From assembly GCA_032718475.1 (NCBI GenBank), contig JAUCBJ010001621.1, forward strand, positions 31,492-95,491: a stretch of 64,000 nucleotides of DNA. The letters run 5' to 3'. Positions 12,743 to 23,743 of the stretch are shown piece after piece. Every line of letters starts with the position of its first letter. Position 1 is the first letter of the stretch. A program made the position numbers and the translations under genes. Origin of the DNA: Nemertoderma westbladi. Taxonomy: Eukaryota > Animalia > Xenacoelomorpha. The notes beneath the pieces were generated by a model. That model made no database searches. It was not told the origin of the DNA and saw only the letters and a program-made list of their open reading frames with translations.

Positions 12743-13924
12743 TTTTTATTTTTACATGAATTTTTTACAATTTTTATTCTAACGGTATTTATTCTACGGT
12801 GGGTCTAAATCGGATATAATGGAATTTTTGTGGAACAAATTCTTAAATTAGATATAAAATAATACCGGTAACTAATAAATAACTTAGTATATTTACAGTA
12901 TAAATACAGGATATCATAAATAAATTACTGTTTTAAATACATTACATGCAGACATAAACTACCATTAACAAAAAAATAAAATAATTTCAAAATACATATT
13001 TTTAGACACAAATAATTTATTCTCTGAACAAAAAAATAGTGAAAAAGTAAAAGATATTGAAAGGAATAACAAACAGGCTGACAGGTTACAAACAGACAAA
13101 GACGCAGGCTTTTCTAATCAAAACAAAAAACGCTCTTGCGTTACCAATTGAGGGAAGCTTGAGAAAATAGTAACTATATTCATTTTGGGAAAATCATATT
13201 TAATTTGGGAAATTAATAGGCCTACCCATTTTGTTGTTTTGTGTAAATAAAAAACCCCAAAAAAATTATAGGGAAATTAAAACAATATTTTGGGCAAATT
13301 ATATATTATTTTGGCAGATTTGGTCTAACTTTATAATTTGGGAAGTACTTAGTATAATAAATAATACGAAATACAAAAATAATACGGTACCGGCAGACCG
13401 GTATTAGATTTAGAGGGTCAGGGTCTGGGGGTAGATTGTATTTATATTGGGTATGTAAATCATTAAATTTGGGGCTATAGAAATTTAAATTATATTACTT
13501 TTTATAGGTATATTTTTTTATTATTAGAGGCCTGTATTCCTGTATTCACTATAATACTGATATATGCGGAGACAAACCTCAAATATTATTACAAATTTAA
13601 TCTTATGCAATACTGGTACGTATACTACTGTAGGCCCTACTATTAATTTTTGTAGACAATAATTTAGAATCTATAAATCAAACTGAATGACAAAATATAT
13701 AATCTAATACTAAAAAAAGATAATATTTTAATTTAAATATTTTAATAAGAATTTATCAGTTTACCACTATATTACCGGTTTTTATTTATATACCGGTAAG
13801 GCAGTAAGGTGTACCGCCGTACCGCTACCGGTAGGCCCACCATTCTGCTCGTCAAGTTAATTGATATATATTACTTATTTCAGTATTTAGGATATTGTTT
13901 TTTATTTTAATATAACATGTGAAT

Positions 13925-14152
13925 TTGAGGGCGACGGTTCGATTCCCGCAGGGGGACCAGGTTTTCGTTTCGAAACGAATGCTTTAAAGGAACGAGCCAG
14001 GGAGAAGGGGTCAGCCTTATATCCATCCTTAAATGGCGGCCAAATAAGTACGAGTTTCCTCTGGGGAGTATAATAGTTCTGGGGGGATGGGAGCCGCGGA
14101 AATATTCGTCAGACTTTGTGCGTAATCCATGGCCCAACGGCCAAGAAAAACT
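13925..14152 (+). mobile_element. tRNA-derived SINE (5' truncated)
   Basis: B box GGTTCGATTCC at 13936; core CCTTAAAT...GAGTTTCCTCTGGGGAGTA...GTTCTGGGGGGA shared with the copies at 16.3 and 31.3 kb. Confidence 0.7.
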
Positions 14153-15430
14153 TTGCTATATAATTGTGATGTATTGTTAGAAATTACACTAGGTCCTATG
14201 TATCTTATACAGTATGCTTTTAGCAGGGGCAAGCTGGCAAGTGAGAGCAGGGAGTGCTAATATACTAATGAAATAAATACACAATAGGTCTACACGATTG
14301 CAAATTATCTAAACATCAGTTGAATGAAACTTGCCTAATGACAAGGAATTATTTCGATATGATTTGTTATGGAATTGAGGTATCGCTACTTAATAAAAAG
14401 ATAATATTATTCTGAATTAAGATGAGAATAAAATTATTATTTTAATTCAATTAAAAAAAACTGTGATAGGACTTTATATCACTGAATATATATGGTCTGA
14501 AATTACTGATAATAAGAATATCAAGTATTATAAAGCAATGCTACTACTGTACTAGTGACGAAATTATTACTTTCTTTCAATATATTTCACAATTTGTTGA
14601 TTTATCAAATAAATAATTCGTTGATAAAAGTAATTGGAAGTTTAACTTTTTATTCTTAAACTTGAGTACAGGATTTACTAATACCCTACTGAGATGTACT
14701 GTAAGATAGGCTGATAGGGAAGGCAATAAAGGCATTGCTTATTAAAGTAATAAGAGCTTCCCCAAACCAAATTATTGGTTATAAAGCTGCTAGGAGCAGT
14801 TTCAAATGGAAATCCCAAGCCAATGCCAATAACATACTCCACCACAATAACTTGGCTTACTGGGTTGAGAGGAACTGTCTGTTATAGTCAGGTAGACTAC
14901 TACTTTATACAACGCAGACAGACTGCATATCAGCCTGTGGTTAATTCGTTTAGGCAGTCAGCAAAGGTTACATTAGAGCAACGTCAGACACTACAGATGC
15001 TACTATAAAAGTAGGCCTCCTACCTGCTTGGTTGATTGGCTGGTGGGACAGACTGAAGCCATATTAACTAGTCTTAGAATCCCATAAAAATCCTGTGCCA
15101 TAAATTCTAGTATCTATATTACTATATTGGATTAATAGCCATTACCCTGCCTTCCCTCAGTAATTGCGTGTTTTATTTGATCTAGTATACCAAAGCAATG
15201 TAAAACCAATGTAAACACTCTATCATTATTACTTATCGCTGGGAGCTAGTCCAGAATATATAATTATTTAATTCTCTTGAAAAGTACCCATAAAGAAAAA
15301 GATTCGACGATGTGTTCTGTATATACACCATGTCCTGGAGCTGGAAAATATTGTCGTTATTCATGTACCTAGCCCCCCTCCAAATTTTTCCTTTCTACAG
15401 ATATAACTGTCCCAGCCGGTTCCCCCAAGC

Positions 15431-15720
15431 TTGACACTAGAACAAAGTCGCCTCTGCTTTGCAGGACATTGCTTTCGCCGTGAGGACCAGCCAGTGTATA
15501 ATCTTGTGCTTTGGCAGCCTCATGGAGTGAATAAGCCTGGTGGACAGCCCATGACTTTCTTGAGTCGCATCTTAAAGGACACTGGCCTTGAAGATGCGGA
15601 TGATCTAGCAAATGTCATGGGTGATAGGGAGTTGCGGCGGCGTAATTTTGTCGACAAGCCGGAACAGCATTCTTAAAAATACAGCTGCAATGCAGCATGC
15701 CGATCCTAGTAGTATTAGTA
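15431..15720 (+). mobile_element. 3' fragment of an RTE-clade LINE
   Basis: RLCFAGHCFRR...LVLWQP..PGG resembles the RRLRFSGHCWR...LLLWQP..RGRP C-terminus of the RTE at 52.9 kb; ends in a CCTAGTAGT tail as that copy does. Confidence 0.75.
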
Positions 15721-16184
15721 GTTTAGCTCAGAAAGTGATCTTTTGCATCCCGAATTTACAAGAATTAATTATTTCAAAATGGTCTTAAAATCTTTCACCA
15801 CGGGCACACAGGTAAATGCCGGTGTGGGGGGTATCCGGTGGGAAGTGTCCTACTTGGGCGCGGGGGGGGGGGGGGGGGAGTGTCTTAGATCCGAAACCAA
15901 ATTTTAACTTGGAAAAATAGTGGTTGTGTCAGGTCTGCGTCATTTAAGGCGCAATAATTGAAAAATCATATTACTTAAACAGTTAAAGAATGCTGGCTAT
16001 CCATAACTATAACACAGTAATTAAATGTAGCAAGCTCCTTTCTTTAATATCATTTATATTATTCTTCATATCATATCATATCATATTATACTAAACACTT
16101 CCAATATTTGAAAGGACAAATTACTTGAAATCACTCAGTTAAGCTATTGTATTGCTTTGTTTACAGCTGACTGCTGTGTCCAAT

Positions 16185-16227
16185 AGATTGCAGGGCCGGT
16201 ACTCAATCAACTGAGCTACCCTGCGCC
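16185..16227 (-). other. tRNA-like 5' fragment (SINE head or tRNA relic)
   Basis: Minus strand GGCGCAGGGTAGCTCAGTTGATTGAGTACCGGCCCTGCAAT has an A box and an anticodon-like loop but no T arm. Confidence 0.35.
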
Positions 16228-16254
16228 TGCATTCGATATACTATCGAATGACCG

Positions 16255-16570
16255 ATTATTATTCTTATTTTTTTCAAGTCCCGCGTAACACACTGATTAC
16301 GTGGGTCGCACTCACCGCACGTACCAACTGATACGACTTATTTCGCGATCCCCCCTAGAACTATACTCGCCAGAGGAAACTCCCCTGCTCATTCAGCTAC
16401 ACAATTTAAGGATGAAAGACAGTGTTGCGCCCTGGCTAGACTTTTAAAACTTTCGTGCCTACACGAAAACTTCCCCGGGCCCCATGGGGGAATCGAACCC
16501 ACGACCTCGGAGAGATGTGAATTGTGAGCTGAGAGGCAACGGATTTATAACCACTACGACAAGGTGGGAC
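16255..16570 (-). mobile_element. Full-length tRNA-derived SINE
   Basis: A box TCGTAGTGG, B box GGTTCGATTCC (16499-16489), shared core, AAT-rich tail. Confidence 0.75.
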
Positions 16571-17699
16571 TTGAGCTTTCGAAAATAAAAAAAAAACGTT
16601 AAAACGAATAAGTAAAGAGAAGATGAATAAACTATATAATTTCGACGGAAAGTAAAATTTAGTTGAAACTAGGTTTGGGTACCGGTATGATACTCTTTCC
16701 TGCATTTATCTTTTAACACGGTTTCGTTTATATTTCTTGAATGAAACTATGAACTATGAAGATAAATTACATTAAACTAAAGTTTGTCCGCTCCGAATTT
16801 TGGTAAATCCCACCAATTAGTTAGTTAACTTAAAAATGTCGCTATTTAGCTAAGAGAAGGATCCGCTAAATATATTTTTATTTACTTTTTTTTTGTTAAA
16901 TTGTTAAGAGAAAATGTAGAATTTAATTAATAAAAGTAGTTTGCGATTTTTACATTTTCCAACCTACGGAGTCTGTTCTCGTAATGTTTAATGTTTTAAC
17001 GTAATTTTCGACCCCGAGAAGCATGCACATTACATGTAAAAAATCTAGTTATTGTAGTACTTAATTAAATATGAAAATTAATAAGTGTGCAGTGAAACTC
17101 TGTGAAGATGGCATGCAATCGAGTAGACCCATTATAACAGCCACCAAGTGCACATAGTTCGAAATACATACGATCCTATAGAGAGAGCATAGAGCTAAGA
17201 TTAGTAGTGACATTACTACATTAGCATATAGTAACATACATAGAATCCAACACTTGACTTTGACATATAATTATTACATTTATTTTATTTCATCAAATTT
17301 CACCAGGATTGAAGTTGTACAACAAGTCAGGCTGAATTAAATATCAAGAACTGCATTTAACTTTATTTTAAGTTAATGATCCTCAAGAAAGAGAGTGATT
17401 ATATGTCGGGATATTTGGGAATTAAAAATGGCAAAACGGCAGATTACTTAATTTCATTTTGGCATCTTGGACAAGTTTTACACTTTAACTAAGTGTTATT
17501 AGTCAAATAATAAGTTATGGAAACAACAAATATTTGTCGCAAAATTTAATAACAAGAAATTATCATCAACCAGCACAGAATGACAATTAAACAGGAACCT
17601 ACGTATAAGTTGAGTTCGCGTTTGGTCCCCTCTGGCCCACTACCTGGGAGTGTGTGTAAGTTCGCATTAGGCCCCCCTCTCCCCCATATCTAGGAGGGT

Positions 17700-18098
17700 C
17701 TATGAGTTCGCATTCGGTCCCTTCCTTCTACCGAAACTCTGGACAACGTTAACGAACCTCCGATTGTACTGTATCCGCCGTTTGGCCCGCCCGGTTTTGT
17801 GTTTTTTCTTTTCCTGCGCGTCCACCTTCGGCGTTTGGTTCTTTACCTTCCCGGCTCGCGCCAACGAGCCGTGCACTTTCCCACCCCTGAGTCGCAACGA
17901 CATGTCGACTGTACCGTGGTCCGATACCGAGGCGCCGACAGTCTGGTCGTCGTGTAGCGGTCGACCGTCGGCGACGAGAACAAAGTCGGATCCGGCGAAC
18001 CCCGAGAGCACAGCGAGGCGTTCCCGCAACGAGGAAACGAGATCGCATGAGTCAACCTCCTCGCACCAAACATCGTTAAATCGAACAAACAGTATCAT
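17700..18098 (-). CDS. FAU: Ubiquitin-like FUBI / 40S ribosomal protein S30 fusion
   Basis: Ubiquitin-like domain ending LRLRGG, followed by canonical S30 [19 protein letters not shown]...[14 protein letters not shown]...GPNANS. Confidence 0.97.
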   Translation of the reverse strand: MILFVRFNDVWCEEVDSCDLVSSLRERLAVLSGFAGSDFVLVADGRPLHDDQTVGASVSDHGTVDMSLRLRGGKVHGSLARAGKVKNQTPKVDAQEKKKHKTGRAKRRIQYNRRFVNVVQSFGRRKGPNANS

Positions 18099-18202
18099 CT
18101 AAAATGAGTCAAAACAACACGAATCATCACTTACCGGTATGTGGCAAAAGTACTACTGCTGTATTGTACTATTTATTTCAGAGTGCAAGCGGAAAGGAAA
18201 GG
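18099..18202 (-). promoter_or_regulatory. FAU 5' region: TOP/TCT start (CCTTTCCTTTCC, 18202-18191), non-coding exon, and a 36-nt GT-AG intron (18134-18099)
   Basis: Pyrimidine tract typical of ribosomal-protein mRNA starts; G|GTAAGT donor; TTTTAG acceptor directly abutting the ATG. Confidence 0.55.
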
Positions 18203-18537
18203 TACGGTACCTAGTACTGTAGTACCCAGGTACCGTAATTAATATTGTAATATTATCTTATGCTGTTATGTTTGAGAATCAGTGAATTGTTGGGTATCAG
18301 ATGGGTTGGGAAATCAAATTGAACATAATTTTATACGCTCAAAATTAAAATAGTAATTCAATATGCAATAATAACATAATTTGGTGCGAATTTTTATACC
18401 GGTAGTTTAGCGCGAATATTGGAAAAGGCTGAAAGGTTGAAAATATCCCGATCGGGATAGCGGATAGGGAACCCTAGGCCTACAGTACTGGCTGACTGGC
18501 CGTAGCTGCGTAGGTAGAGTCTATCATCTATTGCAAT

Positions 18538-19824
18538 CAGGGTTGGCAACCAATGGTTTTTCTCACCATTGGTTTTTTATGGTTTTTTGGTTTAACCAAC
18601 TTTTAAAAAAAGGCGAAAAAATTGGTTTTTTATGGTTTTTCATAAAATTTTACAATTAAAGCTGTAAATAATATAAAGCAGACTGGTAGTCGCGTTTCTT
18701 TTTCATTTTGCACTGTTACATGTAGAATTAAAAAATTTCACTCACTTTGAGTTTTGCTCTCGTTTCTTTTTCATTTTGCACTGTTAGAAGGAAAAAATTT
18801 CGCTCACTTTGAGTTTTGCTCGCGTTTCTTTATCTTATCATTTTGCACTGTTCAGTTCAGCTGTTAGAATGAAAAAATTTCGAACACTTTGAGTTTTGCT
18901 CGCGTTTCTTTTTCAATTTGCACTGTTACATATGTAGAATGAAAAAACTTCACTCACTTTGAGTTTTGCTCGCGTTTCTTTTTCAATTTGCACTGTTACA
19001 TATGTAGAATGAAAAAACTTCACTCACTTTGAGTTTTGCTCTCGTTTCTTTTTCATTTTGCACTGTTAGAAGGAAAAAATTTCGCTCACTTTGAGTTTTG
19101 CTCGTGTTTCTTTATCTTATCATTTTGCACTGTTCAGCTGTTAGAATGGACAAATTTCTCTCACTTTGAGTTTTGCTCGCGTTTCTTTTTCATCTGTTCA
19201 ATTTGCAATGTTAATTTAATGAAAAGGTTTTGCTCGCTTCGCTGGTGTATGTTTCTCGTTTACATTGTTAAAATGTGGTGTGCGCGTTTTTTTCGGTGCA
19301 TGCGCGGTATATTGTGTATTGTCCAATATTGCGCGGCTGAAAAATTGTGCGCAGGCGTTGTGCGCGGTTCAGTGGTGGTTTGCACTTTGCAGCCTGGCGT
19401 GCAGTGGAGCAGTGCAGACGTCTGGACGTTGGTATGTATTTTTACGTTGTATATTGTTAGTATTTTGTCACATGCTGACATGGGCTGATGGGTTGGATGA
19501 GATGAGAGTAAGGCTGTAAGGAAGGACAGAACAGAACAGCAGAAGAAACGCTTCAAACCAGCATACTGTATGTGGCGTGGCCTTATTCAGTTATTCCAGC
19601 TGTCCAGTATTTTGTTCTATTGGGCAAGCGCAAGGGTTGTACTGTCTGACTGTTGTATGTCTGTATGTAGGCCCTACATTTGTATGTATTGCTGTATTTG
19701 ATTTAATTAAACCACAGAAAAACCATAAAAAACCATAAAAAACCGAAAAAAACCATAAAAAACCAAACAATAAAACCAAAACCAAAAATTTTTTTTCAAA
19801 AAACCATGGTTTTTGCCATCCCTG
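18538..19824. mobile_element. hAT-superfamily MITE
   Basis: TIRs CAGGGTTGGCAA / TTGCCATCCCTG, perfect 8-bp TSD ATTGCAAT (18530-18537 and 19825-19832), subterminal TGGTTTTT repeats, internal array of about 62-bp units (18690-19200). Confidence 0.9.
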
Positions 19825-20649
19825 ATTGCAATATTACCGGTAATTTGGACAGTACATTTTCTCTGGGGTACCGCACCCGCACCTCACACCTCAATCAGTC
19901 AATTTATAGCATAGCTGCATAGTGTTGGCGCGGCGCACCTTCCACATTCAATGCTTCAAATATTACCTGGCTGCATGGCGCGGCGCGATCTTCATAGGCT
20001 AATGCAGTAATGTCTGGAGCACTATCCAACGCACTTTTTGCTGTTTTGTAAGGCAAAGGCAGTGAGGAGTCCACTACGCACTAGGGTTTGTACGTACCGG
20101 TCTGCCGGTACCGGTAGGCCCTACCTGCCTACTGTACTGTTCTGTTGTGGGCCTATACCATACAGCCATATACAGCTATAGCTGTACATATTACTGTATT
20201 ACAGTATTACTCACCTTGCACCTTGCCTGCCTTGCTGCCTTGTGCTGTTGCAGTGTTGTGGCTTCTGGCCTTGTATATTTGCAGATTTGTCCTTAAATCA
20301 GTCGGTCAGTACATAAGCAGGTAGGAGTACAGGCAGACAGGAGTAGGCAGGTAGGGCTACTGCAGTAAATCCAGCAAAAAATAGGCGCTCAATACCGATA
20401 CTCTGGTACTATCAGACTATAACATATAATCATGTACAGATGTTACAGTAATGCGGGCTACTCAGCTGTACAGTGACAGTCAGAGTATCTCAGTACAGCA
20501 CTTAGTACAGCAGTAGGCCTAATGCTGTAATGCTATTTGGCTGTTAGTTTCTGTACTGAACTCGGAACTGATACTGTGATAGGTAGATCAGTACTGCAGT
20601 AGATTCTAGATTGCAGGATTGGTTTGGTCGCGATTGTTGATTGACGGTG

Positions 20650-21611
20650 CCGGTGTCACAAGGAAATCAGCCCCCCCTAGAATATGCCCCCCCTGCCCCC
20701 GGGGCATTATTTCCTAGGATATTATGTCCCCCCGGGCAATTTTTCCTAGGAAATTTAGCCCGGGGGGGCATTTTCTCCTTAGGAAATAATGCCTCCCCTC
20801 AGGAAAATTAGCCCCCCTCAAAAGTCTGAAAACTGGTACGATACCGGTCTGCTGGTAGCCATTTTTAATTTTAATCTACCAATTGCAGAACTTGTAATAC
20901 AGTAATAGTTGGACTGTTGGAAGAATAGTACGGTACCGGTCTGCCGGTAGGTAAGCAGGTAAGGCAGTAAGGGATGTAGAACAGCATACTGAAGTATCTA
21001 AGTCAGTAGGCTACTGTAGTCTGGTAGTAAGTACTGGTATAACAGCAGTGCGAGTGTGTGGTGTTGTGTGGGCGCCGAGCAGCTCCAAGCTTTTTTAAGT
21101 CTGTAACCTGCTCCTTTCCCTGATTTGGTAAAGTGATTGTTTATTGTTTTGGATAGAAAATCCCGCCTCTGTAACCTGCTCCTTTCTCTCAATTGGTAAT
21201 GTTATCGTTTATTGCAGTATTGTTTTGGTTAGAAAATCCCGTCTCTGTAACCTGCTCCTTTCCCTGATTTGCTAAAGTGACTGTTTATTGTTTTGGTTAG
21301 AAAATCCCGCCTATGTAACCTGCTCCTTTCCCTCAATTAGTTAAATGATCGTTTATTGTTTTGGTTAGAAAGGCCTGCCTCTGTAACCTGCTCCTTTCCT
21401 TCATTTGGTAAAGTGACTGTTTATTGTTTTGTATAATTTTTGTAAGTTTTAGTAGTAATAAGTTTTGTTTATTGTATAATTCAGGGGGGGGCATAATTTC
21501 CTAAGGGGGGCATTTTTTCCTAGGGAAATTTGCCCGGGGGGGCATTTTTTCCTAGGAAAATATGCCCCCCGGACACATTTCCCGGGGGGGCATATTTTCC
21601 TGTTACATCGG
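20650..21611. mobile_element. Foldback-type MITE with CCGG termini
   Basis: CCGGTGTCACAAGGAAA... versus ...TTTCCTGTTACATCGG|TA; arms built from CCTAGGAAA and GCCCCCC repeats; internal units of about 63 bp (21100-21430). Confidence 0.75.
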
Positions 21612-21639
21612 TACTGCTGTACTGACTGTCTGGCTGTCT

Positions 21640-22320
21640 GGTGTACTGCACCATGTACTATCGCTTGGTCCATACCATTTATTTCGGGATGATCGTGATT
21701 TGTTTGGGGGTGGGGTTGCTCTATATATTCGAATTTCGTCAATGTATTCAGTTTCCAGGGTACAACAAGTTGACCTTGGTAATGTCATTTTCTCCGATTA
21801 TGTTTGTGCTGAAATTAATTTTCATAATGGCCGAAAGTTTGTAGTTACATTTATATACCGCTCTACCTCATCTACGGACATAAATAATGCTAGTTTACAT
21901 TTTCTTATTGATGCAATAAGTAGTTATACCAGCAATAATGAATTATTTTTACTGGGTGATTTCAATTTTCCTTATATAGATTGGGAGCAACTTGTTCTCA
22001 AACCACTTGCGAGACCCTTTGAGAGTGCATTTTTAAATTTTTTTTTAGATCGACATTTTACACAGCATGTCTATGAATTTACTAGGTTTTCGAATAATGG
22101 TTCAGATTCTACACTTGATTTATTTATATCTAAATCACACGATGCAGTTTCAGATGTCCGTGTATTTAGTCCCTGCCATTGGTAAATCAGATCATGGTAT
22201 TACATTTTGTAAACTTAATATAATGTGTATATCTGAACCCTTGATAACTCACCTTAGGTATGATACTGCTGATTACAATAGTTGGCGTGATTCATTGCGA
22301 GATATTGACTGGTCTGATAG
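21640..22320 (+). pseudogene. CR1-type LINE ORF2 5' part, AP endonuclease, frameshifted
   Basis: FRDDR..GGGVALYI, YRS, LLGDFNFP, TLDLF and SDH motifs; frameshift near 22175; interrupted at 22321. Confidence 0.85.
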
Positions 22321-23680
22321 GTAAGATAAGATAAGATAAGATAATTCTTTTATTCACAAATACTTCTAAGCCTTATCAGGGCTACGAAGGCAGTATACGC
22401 AATACATAGTACACGATACTGATAATTTAGGTGAATAAGCGTCTATAATCAAACAGCTGTCTTAGACAGACTGACTTACCTACGGTAGACCGCCTCGCCC
22501 TACATAAAGTATTAAAGGATTTTAATATACAGTAGATATTGCACAGAAAACATATTAATTTACCCATGCCTACTGTATGCTATACACAACACATACAGCG
22601 CATATACATACAGACAGCACATACACACACACATACATACAGTATTCTAATATACACACATATACAATAAAGGTACTACACAGAGCCGGGCTGCTATATA
22701 TATTATTGAAATCACAAAAAGGTATAACAAATAAAATTCAATTAACAAAAAGAATTAAAGATCTATGTAATTTCCTCCCGTTATACCTAGTTAATAAGTG
22801 TTTGTGTAGTTTAAATTTGTATGTTTGGAATTTTTTTATTTTGCGTATTGAAATAGGCAGGGCATTCCATTGTTTTATTAGGTATGTACTAATATTGTAG
22901 TGGCCCTGTGTACTTGTTGTGCGTGGAAGTTTCAGATTGTATGTTCTAGAATTTAATTGCGTATTGTTACGTTTTAAATACGGTAGCTCTAGGAGTTTGA
23001 ATGGTTTGCTTAAGTTATATATGTATCTAAATAAGAAAATTAGGCCGAAGAAGCTCCTATATTGAGAAAGTGTAGGTATTTTTGCCCTTTCTCGAAGTTC
23101 TGTCCCAGTAGAATCCCTTATTTTTTTTCCAAAAATTGTTCTCAAAGCCATATTTTGTATTTTTTCGTATTTGTATAATAACTTTTTGTAACCATGTCGA
23201 TTGTGGAGTGAGGTTAATAACATACAGCAGTAGTGGTGATGTGGCAAGACAAGCGATTTATATATATTGATTTTAGTTGAATTGGGTAGTTGGCCTTTTA
23301 TTTTTCGAATACAAGACAGTGCAATTGCCATTTTTTGAAGAGATTTTTCGATTTGTTCTTTCCAATTAAGGTATTTATTTATTAATACACCCAGATATTT
23401 TACTGTAGTGCTTTGTTCTATGGGAGGTGCATTGTCAATATTTAGTTTAATGTTATTAGTCTGTTCGTTGGGTTTTCGAGGTGATAGTAGTAAGTATTCT
23501 GTTTTTTCTGGGTTTAATTTCATCCTATTAGTGTTATAAATTGTCGACATTTTATTGATATTTACACTTAATAAATGGGTTGCTACATGTGGATCCTTAG
23601 CCGTCGTATATATTACAGTATCGTCAGCATATAAAATAATATTAGCAGAGTGTGATAGGTAGTTGGATAGGTTTACCGAT
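22321..23680 (-). mobile_element. 5'-truncated L2/CR1-group LINE (RT C-terminal half, ORF about 23670-22738, 3' UTR and tail)
   Basis: YADD, KLNPEKTE, KYLGV and IYKSLVLPH motifs; minus-strand AATAAA followed by an (ATCTT)n tail at 22321-22352. Confidence 0.88.
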
Positions 23681-23743
23681 TTATCTGCTGATGAGGCATG
23701 GATTATATTAAAATCTGAACTCTTAACTGGCCAAGATGTGTAT

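Noticed and set aside
16480-16570. Functional tRNA gene
   Set aside because: No closed cloverleaf; continues into a SINE core and tail
17700-18098. FAU as a processed pseudogene
   Set aside because: Intact ORF, acceptor before the ATG, TOP-like start, no poly-A remnant or TSD seen
18120-18131. snoRNA C box (GTGATGA) in the FAU intron
   Set aside because: Intron too short and no D box
19036-19785. Several short ORFs
   Set aside because: Inside the hAT MITE and its tandem repeats; no recognisable domain
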